Source: a virus
Virus record (IMG/VR): IMGVR_UViG_3300033144_003327
Coordinates: 1 to 64,000 of that record
Length of the DNA stretch: 64,000 nt
Reading direction: 5' to 3' (one strand)
Both the position numbers and the translations under genes were made by a program. The notes beneath the pieces are model-generated. The model was not told where the DNA came from and did no database searches. It saw nothing but the letters and a program-made list of their open reading frames with translations. Shown here piece after piece: positions 1-9,775 of this stretch (position 1 is its first letter; each line of letters starts with the position of its first letter).

Positions 1-1
1 C

Positions 2-1312
2 CGGAGACTAGAGCTAGGCAAGACAGATGTCATGCAACGAGGTGACTGGTCAGAAATCAGTAAACTGTGTGGCATACCTTTTAGTGGATACTATGACGCA
101 GATGACGGATCGCTACCCGGTGGGATGCAAGAGGGTGATCGATTCTATTTCCACTACTGTCTCGCTCACGCTAGAATGATTGATCCGATTGTTCATTATA
201 TGCAGTTGCCTATCGATGAACGTGAAGCAATGAATATGATGAAGTACAAAAGATTTTTATTGACTATGAGAGAGTTCAAGAATGATACAGGGATGCTTGA
301 CTTCAGTGACATGCTTGAGCACACTCTGAAGCACGGCCCCGCTACTGAAGTGAAGGTCGCTATCGTTGATGAAGCTCAGGACCTTAGCAAGATCCAGTGG
401 CAATTTGTCGAGACACTGTTCAGCGAAGTGGACGAACTGTATATCGCAGGCGACGACGATCAAGCTATTTATCGTTGGAGTGGTGCTGATCTTGACACGT
501 TCCTCAACCTCCAAGGTGAGCGTAAGGTGTTGGAAAGGTCGTGGCGTCTCCCGCGACAGATTTGGTCGTACTCCAATCAATTTACATCACGTATCAGCAA
601 TAGATATGAAAAGAAGTGGCGATCTGATGACCGTGACGGCGTCGTCAAGTTCTTAGAGGATCCGAAGTACGCGCCAGTGAGCGAGGGCGGCGAGTGGTTG
701 ATACTTGTCAGGAACATATATCAAATGAAAGGGATCGAAGAGCTCTGTGTCAATGGTGGCATACCCTACACAGCGAAAGGACGTGACGCTGTCAAAGAAC
801 CTCACATGCGAGCCATCAAGCATTGGGAGGGGTTACGTAAGGGGATGACAATTGGTAAGGGCGATGCCCAGAACCTCTATAACCATATGCGTGGAACGGT
901 TGACGTCAAAAGAGGTCACAAAGATTTTGAAGGCACTCATGCCGAAGAGTTCACGATGAATTCCCTGCAGGAGCACCACGGCCTGTTAGTGAATCCCGAT
1001 CACAATTGGTGGGACGCCCTGTCTAGGATCCCCATTGATGTGAGAGGCTACTACCGTAGGATCAGACGGAGAGGTGAGCAGATCGTCGGCAAGCCTCGTG
1101 TCAACATTTCAACCATCCACGGAGTGAAGGGCGGCGAAGCTGACAACGTTCTCCTGCTCAACTCGATGGCCTATCGTACACGAAAAGACTATGACAGGAA
1201 CCCCGACGATGAGCATCGAGTGTTCTATGTCGGTGCCACAAGGGCAAAGAAGAATCTCTACTTGGTACGAACTAAGGACAGAAATATATATCCATTCCCA
1301 CGATCGATTTAA
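2..1312 (+). CDS. SF1 (UvrD/Dda-like) DNA helicase, 5'-truncated by window edge
   Basis: Motifs DEAQD (II), AGDDDQAIYRWSGA (III), TIHGVKGGEADNV, VFYVGATRAKKNLYLV (VI); reading frame open to position 2, Walker A not seen so N-terminus lies upstream. Confidence 0.75.
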   Translation, partial: RRLELGKTDVMQRGDWSEISKLCGIPFSGYYDADDGSLPGGMQEGDRFYFHYCLAHARMIDPIVHYMQLPIDEREAMNMMKYKRFLLTMREFKNDTGMLDFSDMLEHTLKHGPATEVKVAIVDEAQDLSKIQWQFVETLFSEVDELYIAGDDDQAIYRWSGADLDTFLNLQGERKVLERSWRLPRQIWSYSNQFTSRISNRYEKKWRSDDRDGVVKFLEDPKYAPVSEGGEWLILVRNIYQMKGIEELCVNGGIPYTAKGRDAVKEPHMRAIKHWEGLRKGMTIGKGDAQNLYNHMRGTVDVKRGHKDFEGTHAEEFTMNSLQEHHGLLVNPDHNWWDALSRIPIDVRGYYRRIRRRGEQIVGKPRVNISTIHGVKGGEADNVLLLNSMAYRTRKDYDRNPDDEHRVFYVGATRAKKNLYLVRTKDRNIYPFPRSI

Positions 1313-1549
1313 CGTTAGAATAGATCTTATGAGGATCCTTGACATGACACAGAGCGAGATCGAGGCAGTCATATTCAATGGCGCAACGACCTGCGAACTT
1401 CGATCTCCTCTCGATTGTTTCACAGAAGAAGAGTTGTGCGCTCTCCCCCGAAGCTCTAATTGGAGCTCATTTGATTTGAAGTTCAAAAGTTGGATGTGGC
1501 AGACAATCGACGGAATCTATTCATACACAGAACCTTATAAGACTAAGAC

Positions 1550-2086
1550 ATGTTCAATCGACTCATCGATCTGATCATAGAGTTCGTTTCACTCTTTCAG
1601 TGCTGGGTATACATTGACCATTATGAACAAGCCGTTATTCTTCGCAGGGGTAAGTTCCACAGAGTTGTAAATCCAGGGTGGCGTTGGATATGGCCGCTGG
1701 CTTTTGAAGACGTGATTGCGGAGAACGTCAAGCCTGAACCGATGTTCCTTGAAGTTCAATCGTTGGTTACCAGGGACAATTACACAGTCAATATCTGCAT
1801 TGGAATTGAGTGGAAAATCGTTGACATATTCCTCTTCGTCCTTGAATTTGAATCATCTCCGACTACCGTCAGCATGTTAGCGAGCGGCGTTGTCACTGAT
1901 CGTGTCATAGGAAAGGCGTGGAACGATATCTCTTGCGAGGATTTTGTCAAGAAGTTACGCGCCCCTATGAACCGCAAGGTTAAGAAGCGAGGCGCTGAAA
2001 TCACTGAAGTTGTCATGATTGACTGTTCAAACGGTGAGTCTATCCGCTACTGGCATGATGGGATAGACATTGACTTGGGTGAATAG
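1550..2086 (+). CDS. SPFH/band-7 (prohibitin-like) domain protein
   Basis: N-terminal hydrophobic segment then YEQAVILRRGKFHRVVNPGWRWIWPL...TRDNYTVNI pattern typical of SPFH domain. Confidence 0.4.
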   Translation: MFNRLIDLIIEFVSLFQCWVYIDHYEQAVILRRGKFHRVVNPGWRWIWPLAFEDVIAENVKPEPMFLEVQSLVTRDNYTVNICIGIEWKIVDIFLFVLEFESSPTTVSMLASGVVTDRVIGKAWNDISCEDFVKKLRAPMNRKVKKRGAEITEVVMIDCSNGESIRYWHDGIDIDLGE

Positions 2087-2121
2087 CGTACAATAGGCGT
2101 ACCTTTTCAGAGGAGAATGAA

Positions 2122-2409
2122 ATGGAGACCATTTTAAACTTTCTACCGGCGATCCTACCGATCGTTATCCCACCACTTGTGGGCGTGGTCCGTAAACAGC
2201 TCGGTGATTTGATTCCAGCGAAGTATATCCCCATGGCCCTTGGCTTAGGTGGTGCCCTAATCGGCGGCCTGGCTGGGTTAGTCGGAGTTGAAGCAGGTGA
2301 CCTTGCCACCGCAGGTATTGATGCCTGGAATGGTGCAATCATCGGTCTTGCCAGTGTCGGTGTACATCAGCTCTACAAGAAGACAACGGAAGAGACGCCA
2401 CCGGCGTAA
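2122..2409 (+). CDS. small Gly-rich membrane protein (holin-like)
   Basis: 95 aa, two or three predicted TM helices with GxxxG repeats (LGLGGALIGGLAGLVGV), charged C-terminus; RBS GAGGAGAATGAAATG. Confidence 0.35.
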   Translation: METILNFLPAILPIVIPPLVGVVRKQLGDLIPAKYIPMALGLGGALIGGLAGLVGVEAGDLATAGIDAWNGAIIGLASVGVHQLYKKTTEETPPA

Positions 2410-2633
2410 AATGAAAATGGAAGCCAGCATTTCACAATTGGAGGACGTCATGACGTAACTGTAATCCTGTAGAGGAGCAATACTCATGGCTAGACCAAGT
2501 GATGGATCCGCCCCGAAGGGCGGGAAGAAGAATCGTAAGCACGGGCGCAACCGAAAATGGTGTGCAGCATACCGCCTACGTGGACAACGTGAAAAAAACA
2601 AAGTGAAAAAAGCCAAGCGAGAAAGGAGAAAGG

Positions 2634-2987
2634 ATGAAAAGCGGAAAGGTTTGGGGGCTCACTGAAGAGCTCTTAGCGAACGGCGTACTAGAGTTTCATA
2701 GAATAGAAGTCAAGGCTGGAGGGTTCTGCTCAAAACATAAGCATCGTTTCAAATGGAACGGGTTCTTTGTCGAGAGTGGCTCCCTCCAGATCCGTGTCTA
2801 CAAAGAAGCGTATGACCTAGAAGACGACACAGTACTCAACGAGGGCGACTTCATGCAGGTCCCTCCAGGCGAGTACCATGAGTTCAGAGCTCTTGAAGAC
2901 ACAGTCGCGTTTGAATTGTACTGGGCTGAATTCAATCACCAGGACATCGTAAGAGAGAACCATGGCGGAGTAGCCAGTGAACGATAA
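2634..2987 (+). CDS. cupin-fold protein (RmlC-like)
   Basis: 117 aa; G(d)FmqvPpGeyHef motif typical of cupin barrel. Confidence 0.45.
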   Translation: MKSGKVWGLTEELLANGVLEFHRIEVKAGGFCSKHKHRFKWNGFFVESGSLQIRVYKEAYDLEDDTVLNEGDFMQVPPGEYHEFRALEDTVAFELYWAEFNHQDIVRENHGGVASER

Positions 2988-3759
2988 GATCGTTTGCACT
3001 GCTATCAACCGAAAGTACTTTCCGGGCCTGGTAGCGTTGTGGCATTCTATCCAAGCCAATTCTCCCGAAGTGGTTTTCGTTGTTCTTGCTCACGGCGATG
3101 AAAAACTCGTGCAAGACATACGCGACCTTGGAATCAAGAACGTGCTGCTGAACACGGGCTTGGATAATACGAACATTCCTACATCGTCCGAGTGGCCGAA
3201 AAAGATTCCCGCGATGTATTCACGCCTCTGGATGCCAGAAATATTCGTTGATGTTGAACGTTCTGTATGGCTTGACGCAGACACAATTGTATTGGATAGT
3301 TTAATACCCCTGTTTAAGATGAACCTTGGAGAGTACCCGATAGCCAGTACGACGTCAACAGATCCGCAGGGGAATCCGCGGTTGGTCCATACTCAAGTTG
3401 ACGGCCTGTCGAAACAAAGAGGAAATTTCCGCGGCGTTACATCAGGCGTGATCGTATTCAATCATCAGTGGTACAAAGAGAAGAGAATACTTGAACAGTG
3501 TCGTGTCATCATGAATGATTGTAAGTTGAACTTGAAGTTCGTTGTCCAGTCAGTCTTGAACATGGCACTAAGAGGTGACTACTATCCTCTTGACGAATGT
3601 TGGCAGGTGATGGGCAATCGTAAGACGATGATTGACAAGCTACCAACCGCGAAGATCGTTCACTACGTCGGATTCCTTCCCTGGGAAGAACAGACCGCAC
3701 CACAACGCATCAGGAACACAGATATCTGGAGAGAATATGCTGGTCGTCACAGCCTGTAA
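2977..3759 (+). CDS. glycosyltransferase family 8-like (nucleotide-diphospho-sugar transferase)
   Basis: N-terminal VCTAINRKYFPG, DxD region LWLDADTIVLD; paralogous to next ORF. Confidence 0.55.
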   Translation: MNDKIVCTAINRKYFPGLVALWHSIQANSPEVVFVVLAHGDEKLVQDIRDLGIKNVLLNTGLDNTNIPTSSEWPKKIPAMYSRLWMPEIFVDVERSVWLDADTIVLDSLIPLFKMNLGEYPIASTTSTDPQGNPRLVHTQVDGLSKQRGNFRGVTSGVIVFNHQWYKEKRILEQCRVIMNDCKLNLKFVVQSVLNMALRGDYYPLDECWQVMGNRKTMIDKLPTAKIVHYVGFLPWEEQTAPQRIRNTDIWREYAGRHSL

Positions 3760-4504
3760 CCGCAGATATTTTCACGGCGCTCGTGTGCTGTGGAACTCGT
3801 TCCAACATCACCACCGGGGCACTGCGGACAGGTTCTGGTGCCTAGCGTTTGGAGACGAAGAACTCGTTAACGATCTCCGACATCTCGGGATGCCTGTCGC
3901 AGATAATCCCGTGTTCCCAAGTGACTGTGTCATGAAGCGAGAGCTTACATGGCTCAATCACAACATGTACGATGACGATGCGATCAAGGCACTGTATTCT
4001 AGACTCATGTTGCCAAACCTTTTCCCTGACAGTGAAAGAGTCCTGTGGGTTGATGCTGATTCGAATTTCATTGGACCGATCTCTGAGCTTGACGATTTCA
4101 ATATGCATGGCAAGGTAATCGCCGGGCCGTTGACAAATAAAGAAGACGGTCTCAAAAAGAGAACAGGTCGAGGTGGTCAACATATCAGGACGGGAACCCT
4201 GCTCTTTGACACACAGAAATTCGTTGAAGGCGACTATATAGAGAAGTGTTTCGACGTTATGCGCCACCACTCAGACTTGATCGATGGGTCAGCATCAGAG
4301 TTCGTTATCAATTACGTCTTTAGAAACCAGGCGGCGGACCTGCCGAAACGGTATTCGTACTCTGCTAAGAGACAGGACGTCGGTAAAGGTGTCAAGCTAA
4401 TCCATTGGAGTATTATGGAGCCGTGGAATGCCAAACATACTGAACCAAAGCCACAGAAGGCTAAGGATCAAGTGGAAAGGTACTGGAAACCGTATGACTA
4501 TTAG
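3737..4504 (+). CDS. glycosyltransferase family 8-like paralog
   Basis: MLVVTACNRRYFHG..., LWVDADSNFIGP DxD motif; start chosen at internal ATG 3737 after upstream gene stop (3759). Confidence 0.55.
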   Translation: MLVVTACNRRYFHGARVLWNSFQHHHRGTADRFWCLAFGDEELVNDLRHLGMPVADNPVFPSDCVMKRELTWLNHNMYDDDAIKALYSRLMLPNLFPDSERVLWVDADSNFIGPISELDDFNMHGKVIAGPLTNKEDGLKKRTGRGGQHIRTGTLLFDTQKFVEGDYIEKCFDVMRHHSDLIDGSASEFVINYVFRNQAADLPKRYSYSAKRQDVGKGVKLIHWSIMEPWNAKHTEPKPQKAKDQVERYWKPYDY

Positions 4505-4513
4505 GAGATCACA

Positions 4514-5425
4514 ATGAAAGTTTTAGTCACAGGCGGGCAGGGTTTCATCGGTAGATACGTTTGTCAAGAGCTGAAGGATCGGGGGCATCAACCCGTCATC
4601 TTTGATAGGTATCATCGACGATTGCTGCCACCGGCCTCGGAATTCTTTCTGGGTGATGTGACAAGTCCTGCTGATTGTGCCGAAGCGTTCGCTCACGTTG
4701 ACGCGTTCATACATCTGGCAGCGGTGTTAGGGACGCAGGAGACGATACAGAACCCGACCCCCGCTGCCCACACGAACATCCTGGGCGGTCTGAATATGCT
4801 AGACGCTGCGGCGCAGTACAAGACGCCTGGCGTCTATATCGGAGTCGGCAACCATTGGATGAACAATACCTACTCAATCACAAAGACAACGATTGAACGA
4901 TTCGTTGACATGTATAACAATGAACGAGGGACGTGCATCAACATCGTACGAGCGATGAATGCCTACGGCCCGAGGCAAGAGCCAGCCCAACCCTACGGCT
5001 CCGCTCGTGTACGAAAGATCACGCCGTCGTTTATATGTAGAGCATTGAACAACGATCCGATTGAAATCTATGGTGACGGGTCACAGATTAGTGATATGGT
5101 GTACGTGGGTGACGTTGCCAAGGCTCTTGTCTTGGCGATGGAGCGAGCAGTGGACGGTATTCGTCTCAATAGAACAGTAGAGATTGGTCCAGCTGTCAGC
5201 AACACCGTTCTTGAAGTCGCCGAAATGATCAAGAGGCTCACCGCCAGCAAGAGTAATATCGTTCACTTGCCGATGCGACCGGGTGAGATACCTCATTCAA
5301 TCGTGAGTGCTGACATTGATACGCTCGAACAGATAAACATGTATCCAGCTGATCTTGCTGATCTTGAGTGGGGCATGGAGCGAACAATTGAATACTATAT
5401 AGGATACCTCCATGCCCACTCCTGA
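4514..5425 (+). CDS. NAD-dependent epimerase/dehydratase (extended SDR)
   Basis: MKVLVTGGQGFIGRYV Rossmann GxxGxxG at N-terminus; YxxxK-type SDR architecture; RBS GGAGATCACAATG. Confidence 0.7.
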   Translation: MKVLVTGGQGFIGRYVCQELKDRGHQPVIFDRYHRRLLPPASEFFLGDVTSPADCAEAFAHVDAFIHLAAVLGTQETIQNPTPAAHTNILGGLNMLDAAAQYKTPGVYIGVGNHWMNNTYSITKTTIERFVDMYNNERGTCINIVRAMNAYGPRQEPAQPYGSARVRKITPSFICRALNNDPIEIYGDGSQISDMVYVGDVAKALVLAMERAVDGIRLNRTVEIGPAVSNTVLEVAEMIKRLTASKSNIVHLPMRPGEIPHSIVSADIDTLEQINMYPADLADLEWGMERTIEYYIGYLHAHS

Positions 5426-6389
5426 GGATATTCAAGTCCATGTTCTTGACATGGAAATCAACGGTGGATGCAATTACAAATGTCAGATGTGTCCCCAGTC
5501 AGTCGGTCGCGAGAAGGCCTTCCTAAAGAAACTTCCGATGAACGTCTTCACGAAAGTGATAGACGATGCGATGCAGTACGGGCTCAAGACGGTTACACTG
5601 CACGGCAGCGGCGAGCCGTCACTGAACAGAGACTTTCCCGACTACGTGAGGGAAGTCAAAGACAGAGGTCTGCAATGTATTTCGTTCACGAATGGGCTCC
5701 GCTTAAGAGAGAAGCTGAGCGAAGAGTTGATCGATGCAGGGATCGACATCCTCCGTCTCTCTTGCATCGGGTATGACAAGCGTACCTACACGAAGTGGAT
5801 GGCTGGCGGTGACTACGACATGGTCCGCGCCAATGCGCAACGATTCGTTGACATGGCTAGGGGAACGGCTACACAGATGCACATCAACCATCTTATCATT
5901 GACCAGGATGATCTCGAATACGAAGTCAGAACGTATAGAAAGAATTGGGGACGGCACACTGGAGCGTTCAGTGAAATCTGGCTCATGCACAATTGGGCCG
6001 ACAGCGATAAGATCGATATCAAATATCTACGGCGAGGCAAAAAGAGATCCTGCGGAAGACCGTTCTCTCCTCTCTTACAGGTCCGCGCTGGCGGACTTGC
6101 CGGTAGGAGAGCCGCCGTGGTTGCCTGCTGTATGGTTCTCGGACAGGACTCCAAGGGCGTCTTGGGACATCTTGACACTGACACCATCGCTGATGTCGTT
6201 AGTTCTGCAGAGTATCACAAACTTCGTCTGGCGCATACGGAAGAAAGATTCAACGACATAGAGGTCTGCAGAAACTGCGACCAGCTTTACGACGTACCAG
6301 AGTCATTGGTCTGGAGCGATATCCCTGGCCGCGCGTACGAGCAATCAAAGAACCTCGCCACTCTTAACTTCGGTGACTACCATAAATGA
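5412..6389 (+). CDS. radical SAM enzyme with Cys-rich (SPASM-like) C-terminal region
   Basis: CNYKCQMC (CxxxCxxC) near N-terminus, GSGEPSL glycine motif, extra Cys pairs near C-terminus (CGRPF, CCMV, CRNCDQ). Confidence 0.65.
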   Translation: MPTPEDIQVHVLDMEINGGCNYKCQMCPQSVGREKAFLKKLPMNVFTKVIDDAMQYGLKTVTLHGSGEPSLNRDFPDYVREVKDRGLQCISFTNGLRLREKLSEELIDAGIDILRLSCIGYDKRTYTKWMAGGDYDMVRANAQRFVDMARGTATQMHINHLIIDQDDLEYEVRTYRKNWGRHTGAFSEIWLMHNWADSDKIDIKYLRRGKKRSCGRPFSPLLQVRAGGLAGRRAAVVACCMVLGQDSKGVLGHLDTDTIADVVSSAEYHKLRLAHTEERFNDIEVCRNCDQLYDVPESLVWSDIPGRAYEQSKNLATLNFGDYHK

Positions 6390-6413
6390 TTTGGGGCTTA
6401 TGTAAAGTGAAGG

Positions 6414-6456
6414 CTTGTGTTCGTGAGTCAAGGCTATACTATTAGAACTGAAGCTA
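6414..6456 (+). promoter_or_regulatory. class-1 conserved promoter-like element (copy 1 of 4)
   Basis: CTTGTGTTCGTGAGTCAAGGCTATACTATTAGAACTGAAG; shared with 23211, 24845, 32118; -35 like TTGTAA / -10 like TACTAT/TATTAA, followed by AGAAAGGAAG RBS. Confidence 0.45.
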
Positions 6457-6480
6457 AATAAACGTTAAGGAGAAAGGAAG

Positions 6481-7224
6481 ATGGCTAAGAAGATGGTAAA
6501 TTTAATCGCGCATTGCGGCGCCAACTACGTAGAGCGAAATGCTCTGTCTGGTCCGGTACTGCCTGCGTCCACAGAAACATTCACGCCTATCGGGCATGAC
6601 TATTTCGTAGACCTGGTTGAAGATCAACTCAACGAACGCAACCTGAAAGTCGTTAACAGCGGTTTCGCTCTCGGCAATGAAGGTTCCAACATGTTTGGTG
6701 TGTTGGAAATCGGTCACGCTAAGAACGATGAGTACGCAACGATTATCGGTCTGCGTAACAGCCATATCAAATGGTTCGCAGCGTCTATCGCATGTGGAAG
6801 CGGCGTGTTCGTATGTGACAATATGGCCTTCAGTGGTGAAGTCACAGTCGGTCGAAAGCATACGTCACTCATTCTTGATGACCTGCCTTCGATTATCAAC
6901 GAGGCAATCGATGGAGTCATCACGTTGAAAGACGAGCAGGCTAATCGTTACGAGGCCTACAAAGGACGCCAGCTGGCAACCAATGAGGCTGAGTTCTTGG
7001 TAATCGAGATGCTGCGCCGGGGTGTTATCAACACCGGTCGCGTCGAGAAGGTCATCGCTGAGTGGGACGCACCCACGCATCGTCAGTTCTCAAAGACTGG
7101 TGACAGCGGTTGGAGAATGTTCAACGCAGCCACCGAGGCGCTGAAGGGATTGTCAATGAATGAGTTGGCACCCCGCACTCGGAACCTGCACACCTTGATG
7201 GACGAGGTCTGCATCGCTGCATAA
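6481..7224 (+). CDS. DUF932-like phage/plasmid protein (tentative)
   Basis: LRNSHIKWFAASIACGSGVFVCDNMAF resembles conserved NSH...G...C.N core of DUF932 family; otherwise uncharacterised. Confidence 0.3.
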   Translation: MAKKMVNLIAHCGANYVERNALSGPVLPASTETFTPIGHDYFVDLVEDQLNERNLKVVNSGFALGNEGSNMFGVLEIGHAKNDEYATIIGLRNSHIKWFAASIACGSGVFVCDNMAFSGEVTVGRKHTSLILDDLPSIINEAIDGVITLKDEQANRYEAYKGRQLATNEAEFLVIEMLRRGVINTGRVEKVIAEWDAPTHRQFSKTGDSGWRMFNAATEALKGLSMNELAPRTRNLHTLMDEVCIAA

Positions 7225-7498
7225 AGAAGTCTAAGGCGAGGCTGCCGTGTTCAGTCCGCATAGGCGATCAGCTGGCACCTTAGGGTAGCGGGGCGCACGG
7301 GCCCTGCCAGCACCAAGACTCGGGACCTACCTGGCAGAAGATTGAAGTCAGAATAGGATCCTATTAAACGGGGCTGGTCCTCCCAAGTAAAATGGACTTA
7401 GGTGGCCCCGACAAGAGCGGGAAGGGGATGGTTCGATAGGATAACTCGACCCAGTAACCGGACACTCAGGGGCCACCCCTTATTCACAAGGTAATGAT

Positions 7499-7792
7499 AT
7501 GTCTGAACTAACAAAAATTATCACCGTCACATGCCCCTCGAATGTTGATTGGGGGCTTGACTTCACGAGTGACAGCGGTGTTGAGTATCACATGACGTTC
7601 TCTTTGGAGCGCGGATACTCATGCAACTGCAAGGGCTTCACATATCGCGGCTGGTGTAAACACGTCAGGGATACGGAACTAACTCTACAGCGGTGTGGCT
7701 GGGGCGAAGATTCCTACGCGAACACTATACGTGATGACGAATTCTGTCCTGAATGTGGGGAGAAGACTCACGCATTCTACATTGGAGTCTAG
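7499..7792 (+). CDS. SWIM zinc-finger protein
   Basis: CNCKGFTYRGWCKH = CxCx(n)CxH SWIM signature; second CPEC pair at C-terminus. Confidence 0.5.
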   Translation: MSELTKIITVTCPSNVDWGLDFTSDSGVEYHMTFSLERGYSCNCKGFTYRGWCKHVRDTELTLQRCGWGEDSYANTIRDDEFCPECGEKTHAFYIGV

Positions 7793-7838
7793 TCTTGTAT
7801 TGACCGCTAGATTTCTGTACAGTGTCATCCAAAGTTAG

Positions 7839-8315
7839 GTGAAAGGAATAATGAGAAAGAAAGACTTAAAAGTGCGCCATTATATTATTGGTCGAGTCAA
7901 CCACAAGGTTGCTATCCTCGGTCACTGCTCGTCAGTTGACAATGCTACACGAGCCTCTATCGTGTTGGACGGGATACCCTGCTCCTTCCATACCGATCTC
8001 TACAACAGCCTAGATGCCGAAGATTTCTGGACCCTGTATGAAGACGTCATGGGAGTGAAATTGAGTAGACAACTCATCACAAACCAGATGGCAATCGATC
8101 TTTGGGACAAGTTAGAGGTGACAAAGATACCACACCTCATAAAACCCGGCGCCAAAAAAGTGCTGCGTGAACTCTACTCCTATCCTGGGATGAGTTGGTC
8201 AAAAGAAGAACTCATGATGTTCGTGGCCGGCGGCAAGTGGGACACGATTAGAACGGGTATGAGTGACATGAAATTTAAAATCAAAAAAGTAAGAGGTCAA
8301 TATGTTCGGCAATAA
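7839..8315 (+). CDS. hypothetical protein
   Basis: 158-aa ORF with RBS GAAAGGAATAATG; no recognisable motif. Confidence 0.3.
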   Translation: MKGIMRKKDLKVRHYIIGRVNHKVAILGHCSSVDNATRASIVLDGIPCSFHTDLYNSLDAEDFWTLYEDVMGVKLSRQLITNQMAIDLWDKLEVTKIPHLIKPGAKKVLRELYSYPGMSWSKEELMMFVAGGKWDTIRTGMSDMKFKIKKVRGQYVRQ

Positions 8316-9015
8316 TCCAATAAGAAAGCAGGACCTATCCTCGCCAAACCAGCTGTGGGTGCAAGAGGTGTTCCCTACCATACAGGGTGAGGGTCCCTTT
8401 GCTGGACTGCCCGCGATATTTGTTCGCCTTGCGGGGTGTAACCTCAGGTGCTGGTGGTGTGACACAGATTTCGAATCGTCTACATGGCGTCCAGACATAC
8501 CCGACCTGGTGCAATCAATTGTCGATGCGGGTGAACACATAAAGACTGACCTTGTCGTACTCACAGGAGGCGAGCCGTTCAGGCAAGACATATCAGAGCT
8601 CGTTCATGAGTTGTTAGGATTGAAGTACCGTGTCCAAATTGAAACAAACGGTATAGCCTGGATCCCAGATTTTGAAAGGTACCTCGTCACTGACAGGTGT
8701 ACCATTGTCGTGTCACCAAAAACGGGACGCGTCCATGACAAGATAGAGATGTATGCCAGGGCATGGAAGTACATCGTCAGTGCAAATGATTGTGACAAGG
8801 AAGATGGCCTCCCTGCTATGAGTACTCAACGCGCAGACAAGAGATTACATCTGGCGCGGCCACCAGAGGATGGCCCTGCAGAGATATACGTTCAGGCGTT
8901 GGACGAGTACGATGAAAAGAAAAACAAAGCGAACAACGATCACGCTGTGAGCCTAGTCAAGAAGTACGGTTACCGATTGAGCTATCAAATTCATAAACAT
9001 CTGGGGTTGCCATGA
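8302..9015 (+). CDS. queE: 7-carboxy-7-deazaguanine synthase QueE (radical SAM)
   Basis: FPTIQGEGPFAGLPAIFVRLAGCNLRCWWCDT matches QueE signature FxxxQGEGxxxGxPxxFxRxxGCNLxCxxCDT. Confidence 0.8.
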   Translation: MFGNNPIRKQDLSSPNQLWVQEVFPTIQGEGPFAGLPAIFVRLAGCNLRCWWCDTDFESSTWRPDIPDLVQSIVDAGEHIKTDLVVLTGGEPFRQDISELVHELLGLKYRVQIETNGIAWIPDFERYLVTDRCTIVVSPKTGRVHDKIEMYARAWKYIVSANDCDKEDGLPAMSTQRADKRLHLARPPEDGPAEIYVQALDEYDEKKNKANNDHAVSLVKKYGYRLSYQIHKHLGLP

Positions 9016-9311
9016 ACCTTAACACGATATCATTTGAAGAGGTTTTGAAATTCTACATGGGGTCGATCAAAGACTCTGGATTCTCTGAAGAACAACTCAG
9101 GGCCGCCGAGTTCGCATTCGTTGCTGGCATGAAAGCGGGGTGCGGCGTACAACAGAACAGGTTGGCCCGGTTAGTGTTAGAGATTCGCATGAAAGGTGAG
9201 GAAGAAAAGAAACGAATCTTCCCTGCGATGGCCGATGTGTGCGCAAAGGTCATGGTTGATTTGGAAAAATTAAATATGGATGTCTTAGGCATCCCCTATG
9301 GGACAGGATGA
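9012..9311 (+). CDS. hypothetical protein embedded in deazaguanine cluster
   Basis: 99-aa ORF translationally coupled (ATGA) between queE and queD. Confidence 0.3.
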   Translation: MNLNTISFEEVLKFYMGSIKDSGFSEEQLRAAEFAFVAGMKAGCGVQQNRLARLVLEIRMKGEEEKKRIFPAMADVCAKVMVDLEKLNMDVLGIPYGTG

Positions 9312-9775
9312 TGGAAACTAGAATCACAGCCACACGCTATCACGACTTCAGTTGTGGCCATAGGGTAGTCGGTCATGAAAGTAAATGTCGTTGGCTCCAC
9401 GGTCATAACTATCGAGTGACATTCAGTGTGGAGGCCGACTTCAATCCAGTCACAGGGCGCGGCAAGTTGGATCACGTTGGCCGTGTCGTTGACTTTAGTG
9501 TCATCAAATCTGAGCTGTGCCAATGGCTCGAAGATAATTGGGATCACCGTTTCCTAATGTGGAGAGAGGATCCGTACCTGAAAATCATTAACGAAGATGA
9601 CATGCCGAGCTGTGGTATCCAACCGGTCCCATTTAATCCAACGGCGGAGAATATGGGTGAGTTCTTGATCAACAATGTAGCACCGTCATTGCTATCGCCC
9701 TACCACGTGAAGTTGGTCAAAGTAATCGTAGAAGAAACGCGGAAGTGTTCCGCAGAGGTATCATTATGCGACTGA
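9308..9775 (+). CDS. queD: 6-carboxy-5,6,7,8-tetrahydropterin synthase QueD
   Basis: CGHRVVGHESKCRWLHGHNY (CxxH...HGH zinc motif of PTPS/QueD family). Confidence 0.8.
   Translation: MMETRITATRYHDFSCGHRVVGHESKCRWLHGHNYRVTFSVEADFNPVTGRGKLDHVGRVVDFSVIKSELCQWLEDNWDHRFLMWREDPYLKIINEDDMPSCGIQPVPFNPTAENMGEFLINNVAPSLLSPYHVKLVKVIVEETRKCSAEVSLCD

Noticed and set aside
2486-2665. 59-codon highly basic ORF between the holin-like and cupin genes
   Set aside because: It overlaps the well-supported cupin start and its RBS and has no RBS of its own. Possibly real, but not supportable from sequence alone.
5468-6261. Alternative-frame ORFs inside the radical SAM gene (5468..5776, 5734..6261, 5813..6187)
   Set aside because: They are embedded in a gene that has clear CxxxCxxC and glycine motifs, and their products are Arg/Ser-rich, typical of out-of-frame translation of GC-rich DNA.
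7380-7460. Possible tRNA in the 7225..7498 intergenic region (GGTTCGATAGG looked T-loop-like)
   Set aside because: The flanking sequence gives no acceptor stem, D-arm or anticodon-arm pairing, and the T-loop consensus GGTTCGANTCC is not met.
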